The notes beneath the pieces were generated by a model, which saw only the letters and a program-made list of their open reading frames with translations, had not been told where the DNA came from and made no database searches. The position numbers and the translations under genes are program-made. A DNA stretch of 64,000 nucleotides, taken from NCBI GenBank assembly GCA_965215185.1, contig OZ244034.1:2272001-2336000 (forward strand), read 5' to 3'. The stretch is from Acidimicrobiia bacterium (GTDB taxonomy: Bacteria > Actinomycetota > Acidimicrobiia > Spongiisociales > ZC4RG35). Positions 1 to 8,941 of this stretch are shown here, in pieces (the first letter of the stretch is position 1; each line of letters begins with the position of its first letter).

Positions 1-1410
1 CATCTGAAGCTCCTTGTCCAAGGCCCGCGGCAGCTTCTCGTTGCCGGAGAGATGGTAAAGAGGCGTATCTGCGCCGTTTGTAATCGCCATCACATGCGCC
101 TCCACCGGACCCCGGAAGCCGCCTGCCTGAGCCTCTTGCCACTTGTGACCGTGCCACGCCCCCAGATCCTTGGCGCCCACCTGACGCATGTCCATGGCCA
201 GACGGTTGAGCATCGGCGCCAGGCGACCATATCCGCCTGGTTTGAGCAGATCCGAGCACATAGTTACCGGGGCCACTCCCATGCCCAGGGTGTCGGTGAG
301 GTTGTTCTTGCTGACTCCGGCCGAGAAGCTCACCTGGACATCTCCGCCGTGACCCGCCAGATTGAAGACCCCCGGCAGGGTACAGATCAACTCGTCCAAA
401 AGCGTCGACGTAATCACATGCAGAGGCGGACCGGAGAGGTACATGGGGTCATCGGGCATCCACCCCTTGTCGTTGCCCACCACCAGGGTGTTGCTGAGCT
501 TGATACCAAAGCGCCGCCCGTGCCGACGGGCGAACTCCCGCAGCCCCCCAATCAACTCGATACCCTGGTCGAACTGCAGGTCGTCCACGAAAGCCTGGGG
601 CAGAAGAGGAATGTGGTCGTAGCCGAGCTTTTCGTGGAGGATCTCCTGCACCCGGGCGATACCCAACAAGGTCGGATTGAGTTTCACGATCACATCGCAC
701 TCGTGGCGGGTCATCAGGTGCTTGGTGATGGCGTCGATCTCATGAGGGGGGCATCCGTGGAAGGTCGAAAGCGTCACCGTATCTGCGATCCGGGACGGGA
801 AATCGAGATCCCTGAGATGGGCGAACGGCTCGGGTATCTGGGGCCGGAAAGAGTCGATCCGGGCCTTGGCGTTCTTCATCTCCACAATGAAATCGGAGAC
901 TTTTCGGGTGGAAATCCCCGCCAGGTCGTATCCCACCGACATGTCGAAGACGTAAGACCCCGGATCGGGACCCACTATCTTCGCCACCGGCTCCCAGTTG
1001 GTCAGGATCCTGATCATCATCCAGGCCTTCACGTATTCGATCAGGGATTCCTCCACACGCAGTTCCTGGCTCCATTCGATGTTGTAGCCGATGGTCTGCA
1101 TGTCGATACAGGGTCGTTCTATCTCCAACCGGTCCAGCACCTGCACGGTCTTCAACTCAAACAGCCGTGACCCGCCCAGCCAGGCCAAAACGATGTTCTG
1201 GGTCATCTGACTATGCGGCCCAGCTGCGGGACCCACCGGAGAGGCGCACGGGCGTCCCAGAAAAGAAAAACTCAGGTCGAGATCAGACGGCTTCTTCCAA
1301 ATCCTGGCTTTCAGCAAATCGAAAATCCGCTGTCGGGACTCCCATTCGGCAGCCACTCTCCCCAACAGCAGATCCAACGGATAAGGGGTCAGTGGATCAG
1401 CGCCGGACAT
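1..1410 (-). CDS. ygfK: YgfK-like ('putative selenate reductase'/glutamate-synthase-related Fe-S oxidoreductase); runs off the window start
   Basis: Absent from the ORF track because it has no stop in the window. Translated by hand from ATG 1410 (upstream GAAGGAAGG): MSGADPLTPYP...SPVGPAAGPHSQMTQNIVLAWLGGSRLFELKTVQVLDRLEIERPCIDMQTIGYNIEWSQEL, the YgfK N-terminal signature. Still in frame at base 1 (..NEKLPRALDKELQM). Lies downstream of ssnA and xdh. Confidence 0.85.
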   Translation of the reverse strand, partial: MSGADPLTPYPLDLLLGRVAAEWESRQRIFDLLKARIWKKPSDLDLSFSFLGRPCASPVGPAAGPHSQMTQNIVLAWLGGSRLFELKTVQVLDRLEIERPCIDMQTIGYNIEWSQELRVEESLIEYVKAWMMIRILTNWEPVAKIVGPDPGSYVFDMSVGYDLAGISTRKVSDFIVEMKNAKARIDSFRPQIPEPFAHLRDLDFPSRIADTVTLSTFHGCPPHEIDAITKHLMTRHECDVIVKLNPTLLGIARVQEILHEKLGYDHIPLLPQAFVDDLQFDQGIELIGGLREFARRHGRRFGIKLSNTLVVGNDKGWMPDDPMYLSGPPLHVITSTLLDELICTLPGVFNLAGHGGDVQVSFSAGVSKNNLTDTLGMGVAPVTMCSDLLKPGGYGRLAPMLNRLAMDMRQVGAKDLGAWHGHKWQEAQAGGFRGPVEAHVMAITNGADTPLYHLSGNEKLPRALDKELQM

Positions 1411-1434
1411 CTCAAACCTTCCTTCTTTTGTCTC

Positions 1435-2451
1435 TCACAACCGGGCGTGAAGCCGAGCCGCCTGTTCCGAAGCCTTGGCCCGCACTTCGTCGGGGTCAAC
1501 CCGAACGGCCCGACCCTCTTCCAACACCACCTCTCCGTCCACCTCCACCAACAGCGGGCCCACTCCCGGAGTGAAGGCCAGATGCCAGGGATCCATGGGG
1601 TCGTATGACCACACCACTCGGTCTTCCCTCGCCTCGGGAAAGATCTCCCAGCCGGTCTCCAACCAAGACCATGGCGTCTCCGGGGAGGAGGTCACCTCCT
1701 CTTCGCGCAAACGCAGATATGCGGACCGGAAAGCCCCGAGCATGTCGCCCCCGATCCCATCGGTTCCCAGCGCCACCTGATTGGGGAACCTGGTCGGCCG
1801 GGCATAGCCCACCCCGTTGTTCAGGTTGGATTCGGGATTGTGCAGAATCACACCCTCCAAATCCCGGTCGAGGTGAACACAGTGCGCCAGCAGCCAATCC
1901 TCTCGGGACCTGGACTCAAGACGCCGACCGGCATCCGGGTCCTCGACTCCTTCCGCCACATGGATGTGTACTCCCACCCCCAAGTCCTCGGCCAACCCGC
2001 ACACCTCATCCAGCGTCTCCTCGGACAGGGTGAAACAGGCATGGGCGCCCACCCATCCCCTTCCCCCCTCAGAGAGAAAGCGACGGTTCTCTTCCAGGCC
2101 TCGTCGGGCGCCATCGGGACCGTGACGGTCGGTGACCTCGTAGGCACACGCCACCCGCACCCCCACCTCCGCGCAGGCGTCGGCGATCAGAGTCAGGGAT
2201 CCCTCGATAGCCGAGGGGGAAGCGTGATGGTCGATTATGGCGGTAGTGCCCCGCTCCAAGGCCTCCAAGGCCCCCAACTTGGCAGACCAGTAGACCATCT
2301 CATCATCCAAGGCGACATCCAACCGCCACCAGACCTGTTCCAGGATCTCCCCAAAGCTGCCAGGCGTGCGGGGCGGAGCGGGCATGCCCCGGGCCAAAGC
2401 CGAGTAAAGGTGATGATGGGCACAGACCAGTCCGGGGGTTTCCCGGCCCAT
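1435..2451 (-). CDS. ssnA: SsnA-like amidohydrolase (Se-dependent Mo-hydroxylase system protein)
   Basis: PGLVCAHHHLYSALARG, GTTAIIDHHASP, HIHVAEG, LLAHCVH and LGTDG motifs. Start placed at ATG 2451, immediately after the xdh stop. Confidence 0.82.
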   Translation of the reverse strand: MGRETPGLVCAHHHLYSALARGMPAPPRTPGSFGEILEQVWWRLDVALDDEMVYWSAKLGALEALERGTTAIIDHHASPSAIEGSLTLIADACAEVGVRVACAYEVTDRHGPDGARRGLEENRRFLSEGGRGWVGAHACFTLSEETLDEVCGLAEDLGVGVHIHVAEGVEDPDAGRRLESRSREDWLLAHCVHLDRDLEGVILHNPESNLNNGVGYARPTRFPNQVALGTDGIGGDMLGAFRSAYLRLREEEVTSSPETPWSWLETGWEIFPEAREDRVVWSYDPMDPWHLAFTPGVGPLLVEVDGEVVLEEGRAVRVDPDEVRAKASEQAARLHARL

Positions 2452-2452
2452 G

Positions 2453-5044
2453 TCAGCGCCCTGATCCCAGAGGGTGGTATTTGTTGAAGGGCAGACGGTT
2501 ACGCCAGTTGCCATCCACTTGGTGGAGCGCCGCGGCCACGGCGCCGGCGGTTGGAACCAATCCGATCTCTCCCACACCCTTGATCCCATATGGCGAATCA
2601 GGTTGTGGAACCTCCACCAGGATCACTTCCACCTCCGGCATGTCCTTGGGGCGAATAATCCCCAGGCTGCGAAGCGTCATATTGGTGGGTCGGCTCTCGG
2701 AGTCGCACGGGAAATCCTCGGTGAGCGCATAACCCAGTCCCATGTGAACCGAGCCCTCGATCTGCCCCTCGCACAGAACCGGGTTCACAGCCTTGCCCAC
2801 ATCGTGAGCCGCCACGACCTTTTCGATTCTTCCGGTTTCCGGATCGGCGATCACCAACTGGCTGGCATATCCGAAGGCCGAATGGATGATCGGGTTCTCC
2901 AACCCCTCGGACAGACTGTTCGTCCAATCCACCACCCAAACTCCGTAATAGTCCACGCCGGGTTCGCATCCGCCCTCCAGGGCCTTGCGGCAGGCGTCGG
3001 CCACCGAACCGGCGACCATGAGCGTCCCCCGGGATCCGGTGGTCTGCCCGGCGCCCAATTCGCGGGACGTGTCGACAAGCACTTCGATTCGATCGGGGTC
3101 GATTCCCAACTCCTCCACCGCCACCTGCAGGGCGACGGTATGCACACCCTGTCCCATCTCCGTCCAGCAGTGCCGCACTTCCACCTTTCCGTTCGGACGG
3201 AACTGCACAACCGACCGGGAAACCTCCCGGAAGCCGTTGCCCAGACCGGAGTTTTTCAACCCCAGTCCCACCCCAACGGCTTTGCCTGCGCTGATCGCGC
3301 GGTCGTAATGGGGCTTGACAGCCTCCAGGCAACGCCGCGCTCCTCGCGAACCCTCGTCCATAATCTGTCCCGGTCCCCAAACCGAACCCGGCTCGATCAC
3401 ATTGCGAGCCCGCATCTCCCAGCCGCTAAACCCCACCTTCTCGGCCAGGCGGTCCATAACCCCCTCCATGGCGAACTGCGCCTGGTTCGCCCCGAACCCT
3501 CGAAAGGCGCCGCACACCGAATTGTTGGTACGCACTGCCACCGCCTCCACATCTATGGCGCCCATCACGTAGGGGCCGCTGGCATGGCCTGCCGCTCGCT
3601 CCAAAACCTTCATACCCACTGAGGCGTACGGACCCGAGTCTCCCAACATCCGGGCCTTGAGAGCAGTGAGCTTGCCTTCGTCGTCGCAGCCGGCCCACAA
3701 TTCGATGCGGATGGGGTGACGTTTGGGGTGGATGTGCAGGGACTGCTCGCGGGTGAGTGTGCATTTCACCGACCTGCCCAGCAGATGAGCGGCCAGAGCG
3801 GTCTGGGCCTGGTTGGCCATATCCTCCTTGCCGCCAAAGGCGCCTCCGTTGGAGACCAGTTCCACAGTTATGCGGGACGGATCCATCCCCAGCACCGAAG
3901 CGATCTGGTTGCGATCGTCCCACACTCCCTGGCCTCCGGAATAGACATGAAGGTCGCCGTTGGGGAAGGGCACCGCCACTGTCGATTCGGGCTCCAAGAA
4001 GGCGTGCTCCACCCGCTGGGTCCGGAAGACCTCATGCACGATGTGAGGCGAGCCACCTAGGGCGGCTTCCACATCTCCCCGCTTGTAGACCGAACGCGAC
4101 AACAGGTTCCCGTCCAAACCCCAAACCGCGTCCTCGGAGGAAAGAGCCTGCTCGGGATCGCTGATGGGAGTGTGCACCCGGTATTCGACCTCAATCAGAT
4201 CGGCCGCCTCCCGGGCAGTCTGCACATCGGAAGCCACCACCATAGCCAAGACATCACCCGAATAGGAAGTGCGTCCGCCAACGGGGATGAAGACCGGCCA
4301 ATCCTTATAAATGAGGCCCACTCGGAGTTCGCCGGGAACGTCGGCGGCGGTGATCACTCTCACCACTCCCGGATAGGCCTGCGCCTCAGCGGTGCTGATC
4401 CCAAGCACATCCGCCCGGGAATGATCGGTAAGCCGCAGGGCGGCATGAAGCATCATCGGAGAAGCAAGATCGTCGATGTAGGGCCGGTCACCCAGGGACA
4501 ATTCCATTGCTTCGTACTTGGCGCCGTTCTTCCCTATGCCCCCGGGGCGGGAGACGGAGGGAATCGGCTCTCCCGACGCCAGCAGCTCGATGGCCTCCAC
4601 GATCTTGGTGTAGCCGGTGCAGCGGCAGAGGTGGGCGCCTAGGCGACCGTTGATGGTCCTTCGATCCAGCGCCGAGCCCTTTTGGTCGATGAGCGCCTTG
4701 GTCCTGATCACGATTCCGGGCGTGCAGAAGCCGCACTGCAGGGCCCCGGTGGCTGCGAAGCCGCGGGCCAGCCGGTCTCTTTCCACCGGATCAAGTCCCT
4801 CCAGAGTCACGACCTCGCCCCCGTTCACCCGGGTGAGCGACATCTGACAACTCACCACTGCCTTGCCGTTCAGCAACACCGTGCAGCATCCGCATTGACC
4901 GGAAGGCGCGCACCCGTCCTTGGGTGAGGTAACCCCCAACTCCTCGCGCAGGGCGGCCAACAGGTGTGGATGATCGGCGCACGCCGATACCTCGTCCCCG
5001 TTCAAACGGAAAGAAACGGTGGGACGGGCTTGGATCAGAGTCAT
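2453..5044 (-). CDS. xdh: Xanthine-dehydrogenase-family molybdenum hydroxylase with fused 2x[2Fe-2S] and Mo-binding domains (selenium-dependent Xdh-like)
   Basis: KDGCAPSGQCGCCTV, QCGFCTPG and LCRCTGY Fe-S motifs. GGAFGGK, AFRGFG, EMGQG, GQIEG and KGVGE Moco motifs. Context with ssnA and ygfK. Confidence 0.9.
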   Translation of the reverse strand: MTLIQARPTVSFRLNGDEVSACADHPHLLAALREELGVTSPKDGCAPSGQCGCCTVLLNGKAVVSCQMSLTRVNGGEVVTLEGLDPVERDRLARGFAATGALQCGFCTPGIVIRTKALIDQKGSALDRRTINGRLGAHLCRCTGYTKIVEAIELLASGEPIPSVSRPGGIGKNGAKYEAMELSLGDRPYIDDLASPMMLHAALRLTDHSRADVLGISTAEAQAYPGVVRVITAADVPGELRVGLIYKDWPVFIPVGGRTSYSGDVLAMVVASDVQTAREAADLIEVEYRVHTPISDPEQALSSEDAVWGLDGNLLSRSVYKRGDVEAALGGSPHIVHEVFRTQRVEHAFLEPESTVAVPFPNGDLHVYSGGQGVWDDRNQIASVLGMDPSRITVELVSNGGAFGGKEDMANQAQTALAAHLLGRSVKCTLTREQSLHIHPKRHPIRIELWAGCDDEGKLTALKARMLGDSGPYASVGMKVLERAAGHASGPYVMGAIDVEAVAVRTNNSVCGAFRGFGANQAQFAMEGVMDRLAEKVGFSGWEMRARNVIEPGSVWGPGQIMDEGSRGARRCLEAVKPHYDRAISAGKAVGVGLGLKNSGLGNGFREVSRSVVQFRPNGKVEVRHCWTEMGQGVHTVALQVAVEELGIDPDRIEVLVDTSRELGAGQTTGSRGTLMVAGSVADACRKALEGGCEPGVDYYGVWVVDWTNSLSEGLENPIIHSAFGYASQLVIADPETGRIEKVVAAHDVGKAVNPVLCEGQIEGSVHMGLGYALTEDFPCDSESRPTNMTLRSLGIIRPKDMPEVEVILVEVPQPDSPYGIKGVGEIGLVPTAGAVAAALHQVDGNWRNRLPFNKYHPLGSGR

Positions 5045-5047
5045 CGC

Positions 5048-5995
5048 TTACTCCGATTCTGGCGGGAGGACTACTCCCCTGGTCTCACTGATAAGCCGGT
5101 AGTGCTCCGGCACCCGGTACAGATCGAAATTGAAGATGGTGTCTTTGTAAAAAGAGCAGAAGTCCAAGTCGACTTTTGCTACCACCAGTTCATCACCGTC
5201 GGTGATGGTCTGAGCGACGATCTGACCGGAAGGAGCGACGATAACGCTCTGTGCGATGTTCTCCACCCCCTCCTCGATTCCTGCTTTGGCCACTCCCACC
5301 ACCCAACATCCGTTCTGGTAGGCGCCGGCCTGCATCACCACCTGGCTGTGAAAATTCTGCAAGGCGTTCTGCTGTGGGTCGGGGGCGTAGAAATAGGGAG
5401 TGTTGTAGCCGATCAGGATAAGTTCCACCCCCTGCAGCCCCATCACCCGGTAGGTCTCGGACCACCGTCGGTCGTTGCAGATAGCCATCCCCACTATTCC
5501 TCCAAACGCCCGCCACACTCCGAAACCGTCCGGACCAGGATCGAAGAAATAGCGCTCCGCGTGCTGAAAGGGTCTCCACTCTTCTATTTCCGCATGTCCG
5601 GGGATGTGAATCTTTCGAAATTTGGCGACTTGGGATCCATCTCTTTCCACCAGTATCTGGGTGTTGTAGCGATGGGTGACACCTTCGGCGTCGGTATGAA
5701 CCTCGGCGTACCCCAGACAGAATCCGATCCCCAGGCGGGCCGCCTCGTCGAACAGCGGCTGGGTGGTTTCAGACGGCATCTGCGTCTCGAAATAGGAGAG
5801 CATCTCCTCCTCGTCCTCTATGAACCAACGAGGAAAGAAGGTGGTCAGCGCCAACTCCGGGTAGACCAACAACTCCACTCCCCGGTCAGCGGCCTCGTAG
5901 AGAAGCCCCAACATTCGCTTTACTACTTCTTCGCGGGCACCGTCCCGGGCTGTGGGGCCCATCTGTGCCATACCCACCATCAAGTTGCGGCTCAT
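5048..5995 (-). CDS. N-carbamoyl-D-amino-acid amidohydrolase (D-carbamoylase, nitrilase superfamily)
   Basis: YPELALTTFFPRW, RKIHIPGH and ICNDRRWSETYRVMGLQGVELILIGYNTP; E-K-C triad present. Confidence 0.88.
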   Translation of the reverse strand: MSRNLMVGMAQMGPTARDGAREEVVKRMLGLLYEAADRGVELLVYPELALTTFFPRWFIEDEEEMLSYFETQMPSETTQPLFDEAARLGIGFCLGYAEVHTDAEGVTHRYNTQILVERDGSQVAKFRKIHIPGHAEIEEWRPFQHAERYFFDPGPDGFGVWRAFGGIVGMAICNDRRWSETYRVMGLQGVELILIGYNTPYFYAPDPQQNALQNFHSQVVMQAGAYQNGCWVVGVAKAGIEEGVENIAQSVIVAPSGQIVAQTITDGDELVVAKVDLDFCSFYKDTIFNFDLYRVPEHYRLISETRGVVLPPESE

Positions 5996-6004
5996 TATGG
6001 GGTG

Positions 6005-6034
6005 ACTGTACCATATAGCTTAACAATTTGTCAA
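6005..6034 (-). promoter_or_regulatory. Sigma70-type promoter for the carbamoylase-xdh operon, with an overlapping imperfect palindrome (candidate operator)
   Basis: The minus strand reads TTGACA-N18-TACAGT ending 9 nt before ATG 5995 (near-leaderless). Palindrome TTAACAATTTGTCAA at 6020-6034 overlaps the -35 box. Confidence 0.55.
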
Positions 6035-6060
6035 ATGTACGGAACGTTAAGATCGGAACA

Positions 6061-6699
6061 ATGACAGTGCCCGTAGAACACTCCGATTCCTCCGCCGACC
6101 CTGCCTGCGGGACTTGCCAATTGGAGTTTTTAATTGAGCCGTTCGAGGAAGGCAAGCCCGGACCCCACGTTCTGGCTTCGTTGGCGAATCTCCGCCACCG
6201 AGGGATAGCAGTGACTCAGGGCCCCTTCGGGAACACCGTGTCGGGCAATTGTGAGACGATCAAGAACGCGGTCGTCGCCATTGTGGAAAGCGCCTTCCAA
6301 GAAGGCGCCTCCAGGCTGTTGATCAACCTGACTCAGGACGCCGTAGGCGATCACCAGGACGAGCCTCCCCAACCAGGACGGTCTGCATCGGTGACCGGCG
6401 ACCCGAGCGCGGCCTCACACCCAGCCTCGGATGAGGAGACCCATTGGAGGGAAACCTTTTTTGGACCGGATCGTCCCGAAGATGTCCATGGAGCGGTGGC
6501 TCGGAACATTGGTACGGTAGAACAACGGCTGGGAGGCAATTTAGGTGACTTGCCCAGAGAGAAAAAGCAGGCGGCGGTGCGAATACTCGACGAGCAGGGC
6601 GTCTTTTTGATCCGAAAGTCAGTGGACGAGGTGGCGTCGGCGATGGACGTCAGCCGAATCACTATCTACAACTACCTCAACGCCATTCGCGGGGATTAA
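6061..6699 (+). CDS. Transcriptional regulator: N-terminal YkoF/thiamine-binding-like domain plus C-terminal YheO/DauR-type HTH
   Basis: C-terminal KKQAAVRILDEQGVFLIRKSVDEVASAMDVSRITIYNYLN is the YheO-type HTH. N-terminal LEFLIEPF..GPFGNTVSG..GASRLLINL resembles the YkoF fold. Start uncertain (6028 or 6061). Confidence 0.7.
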   Translation: MTVPVEHSDSSADPACGTCQLEFLIEPFEEGKPGPHVLASLANLRHRGIAVTQGPFGNTVSGNCETIKNAVVAIVESAFQEGASRLLINLTQDAVGDHQDEPPQPGRSASVTGDPSAASHPASDEETHWRETFFGPDRPEDVHGAVARNIGTVEQRLGGNLGDLPREKKQAAVRILDEQGVFLIRKSVDEVASAMDVSRITIYNYLNAIRGD

Positions 6700-6774
6700 T
6701 CGTCTTTATGGTCATGGAAATTCTCGGCTCGATCTTCCGAATGCGGGGGAGCTCTTCTTGGAGAATGAATCTCG

Positions 6775-7959
6775 GTGACTTCTAGGGAATCTGCGGCAGC
6801 TGCGGCGCGGCGCTTCCAGTTGCGTTCCCAGTTGCTTTCCTACAGCGTTCCGATGCTGGCTGTGCTGGGAGCGCTGGCGATTGGAGCGGTGATGCTGGCC
6901 GTCTTGGGCGCCAATCCCTTGACCGGGTATTGGGCAATGGCCAAGGGCGCCTTCGGAAGCGGTGGCGCCCTGGTGGAAACGGCCATCAAGTCCACCCCCC
7001 TGCTGCTGGTGGGAGTGGGCATCACCATCGCCTTCCGGGCCAACGTGATCAACATCGGGGGAGAGGGCCAGATGGTGTCGGGCGCCCTGGCCTCCACCGT
7101 CATCGCTTTGAGGATGACAGATGTCTCCGCATGGATCGCTCTTCCCCTAGCACTGTTGGCGGGAGTGGTCGGAGGAGCGATTTGGGGCGCCATCCCCGGG
7201 GCTTTGAAGGCCTATTTCAGGGTGAACGAGATCCTCAGCACCATCATGCTCAATGTGGTGGCCGTGCAGGCCATGAACTATCTTCTGCGCGCTCCTCTCA
7301 TCGATCCGAAGGAAATAGAACGCGGGACGCGCATCCCCCAGACCGCCCGTCTGCCGGAAAGCACTGACCTGCCGATATTCTTCGAGAACGGGCGCCTCCA
7401 CATCGGGCCGTTCATCGCAGTGTTGGCGGCTGTCTTGGTGTATGTGCTGCTGTGGAGAACCACTTCCGGATACCGCCTGAGGGCGGTGGGGTTGTCCAGT
7501 GACGCCGCCCGTTACGCGGGGATGTCGGTGGAGAGAAACGTGGTCTGGGCGCTCACCCTCAGTGGGGCGATGGCCGGGCTGGCGGGAGCCCTCCTGGTGC
7601 TGGGATCCGAAGGGCATCGGATGGTGACCGACGGAAGCACCATCGGGTTTACAGGCAGCGCTGGTTTCAACGGAATAGTCACGGCTCTCTTCGGGGGACT
7701 CCATCCGCTCTGGACCATCCCCTCCTCGTTTTTGTTCGGAGGGTTGTTGGTGGGGGCGCTCGCCCTGCAACGGGCCGCTCAGGTCCCCACCGCCCTCGTG
7801 TTGGCACTCAATGGTCTGGTGGTGTTGTTTGTGGTCAGCCTCGATCGCTACCGACGTCAGTTGAAGGAGCGGGAGGAGCGGGCAGTGGCCGCCACACCGA
7901 CACCGGAAACCGACCGGACAGAATCCCATCCCTCCCAGGAGGACGACCCCGATGGCTGA
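6775..7959 (+). CDS. Nucleoside/purine ABC transporter permease 1
   Basis: INIGGEGQ, VNEILSTIMLN, LRAVG...AARYAGM and GFNGIVTALFGGLHP; multiple TM helices. Confidence 0.9.
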   Translation: MTSRESAAAAARRFQLRSQLLSYSVPMLAVLGALAIGAVMLAVLGANPLTGYWAMAKGAFGSGGALVETAIKSTPLLLVGVGITIAFRANVINIGGEGQMVSGALASTVIALRMTDVSAWIALPLALLAGVVGGAIWGAIPGALKAYFRVNEILSTIMLNVVAVQAMNYLLRAPLIDPKEIERGTRIPQTARLPESTDLPIFFENGRLHIGPFIAVLAAVLVYVLLWRTTSGYRLRAVGLSSDAARYAGMSVERNVVWALTLSGAMAGLAGALLVLGSEGHRMVTDGSTIGFTGSAGFNGIVTALFGGLHPLWTIPSSFLFGGLLVGALALQRAAQVPTALVLALNGLVVLFVVSLDRYRRQLKEREERAVAATPTPETDRTESHPSQEDDPDG

Positions 7960-8887
7960 CATCTTCACCAGCGTCGTGATCGTTGCCACCCTGTCCTCGG
8001 GGATCCGCTTGGCCGTGCCCCTGTTGCTGGCCTCCCTGGGAGAGGCGTTCGGGCAACGCAGTGGGGTGCTCAACCTCGGAGTGGACGGGATAATGCTGCT
8101 GGGAGCCTTCGGCGGCTATTACACGGCCCTCAAAACACAGAGTCCCTGGCTCGGGTTGCTGGTGGGTCTGGGGGTAGGTCTGGTGCTGGGACTGATCTCC
8201 GCGGTGATCAGCGTTACCCTCTTGGCGGAACAAGGCATCAGCGGAATCGGCGTGTACCTGTTCGGGCTGGGGATGAGCGACCTCCTGTTCCAAAAGTTGG
8301 TGGGAACTCCTCGGCCCATCCAGCCGTTCCCCAAGGCGCCCATCCCGCTTCTCTCTGATATTCCGGTGGTGGGTGATCTTCTGTTTAATCACAACATCCC
8401 TATCTATCTTGCCTTTCTGGCTATTCCAATTTCCACCTTGATCATCAACCGCACCCGATTCGGGATGAACATTCGGGCAGTGGGAGAGAACCCGGAAGCG
8501 GCCGACTCGCAGGGAATCAGCGTGGCGAAAGTCCGCTACGCGTCGGTAACCATTGGAGGGATCCTGGGAGGCGGGGCGGGGGCGGTGCTGGCTCTCAGCT
8601 TGGGAATATTTCAGCAGAACCTCACCAATGCCCAGGGCTTCATCGCCATCGCCCTGGTCTATTTCGGGGCATGGAGACCCCTGGGAGTGATGGCCGGTTC
8701 GCTCGTGTACGGACTGGTCTCCGCCGTGGTTTTGCTGCTCAAAACCCGGGGAATCATCCCGCTGGGCGCCTCCGACCTGGCCGCCATGATTCCCGCGGTC
8801 ATCACCGTCCTAGCGCTGGTGGTGGCGGCGAGGCGGTTCCGCGCTCCCAGCGCCCTCACGAAACCCTTTATGCGGGGGGCATCATGA
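7952..8887 (+). CDS. Nucleoside/purine ABC transporter permease 2
   Basis: QRSGVLNLGVDGIML, RAVGENPEAADSQGISV and GFIAIALVYFGAWRP; overlaps the preceding permease. Confidence 0.9.
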   Translation: MADIFTSVVIVATLSSGIRLAVPLLLASLGEAFGQRSGVLNLGVDGIMLLGAFGGYYTALKTQSPWLGLLVGLGVGLVLGLISAVISVTLLAEQGISGIGVYLFGLGMSDLLFQKLVGTPRPIQPFPKAPIPLLSDIPVVGDLLFNHNIPIYLAFLAIPISTLIINRTRFGMNIRAVGENPEAADSQGISVAKVRYASVTIGGILGGGAGAVLALSLGIFQQNLTNAQGFIAIALVYFGAWRPLGVMAGSLVYGLVSAVVLLLKTRGIIPLGASDLAAMIPAVITVLALVVAARRFRAPSALTKPFMRGAS

Positions 8888-8941
8888 AGACTTTGATCCG
8901 ACAGTCCCTTAAGCAACCCATACGACCCAAGGAGCAAATCC

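Noticed and set aside
52-1170. 372-aa plus-strand ORF
   Set aside because: Antisense shadow of the ygfK-like gene; no motifs.
1-5044. Possible selenocysteine (UGA) recoding in the Se-associated operon
   Set aside because: No in-frame stop interrupts these genes within the window; this enzyme class uses labile Se rather than Sec.
2474-6064. Long plus-strand ORFs 2474..3622 and 4964..6064, and similar antisense ORFs throughout the window
   Set aside because: Shadow ORFs of well-supported genes, expected in GC-rich DNA.
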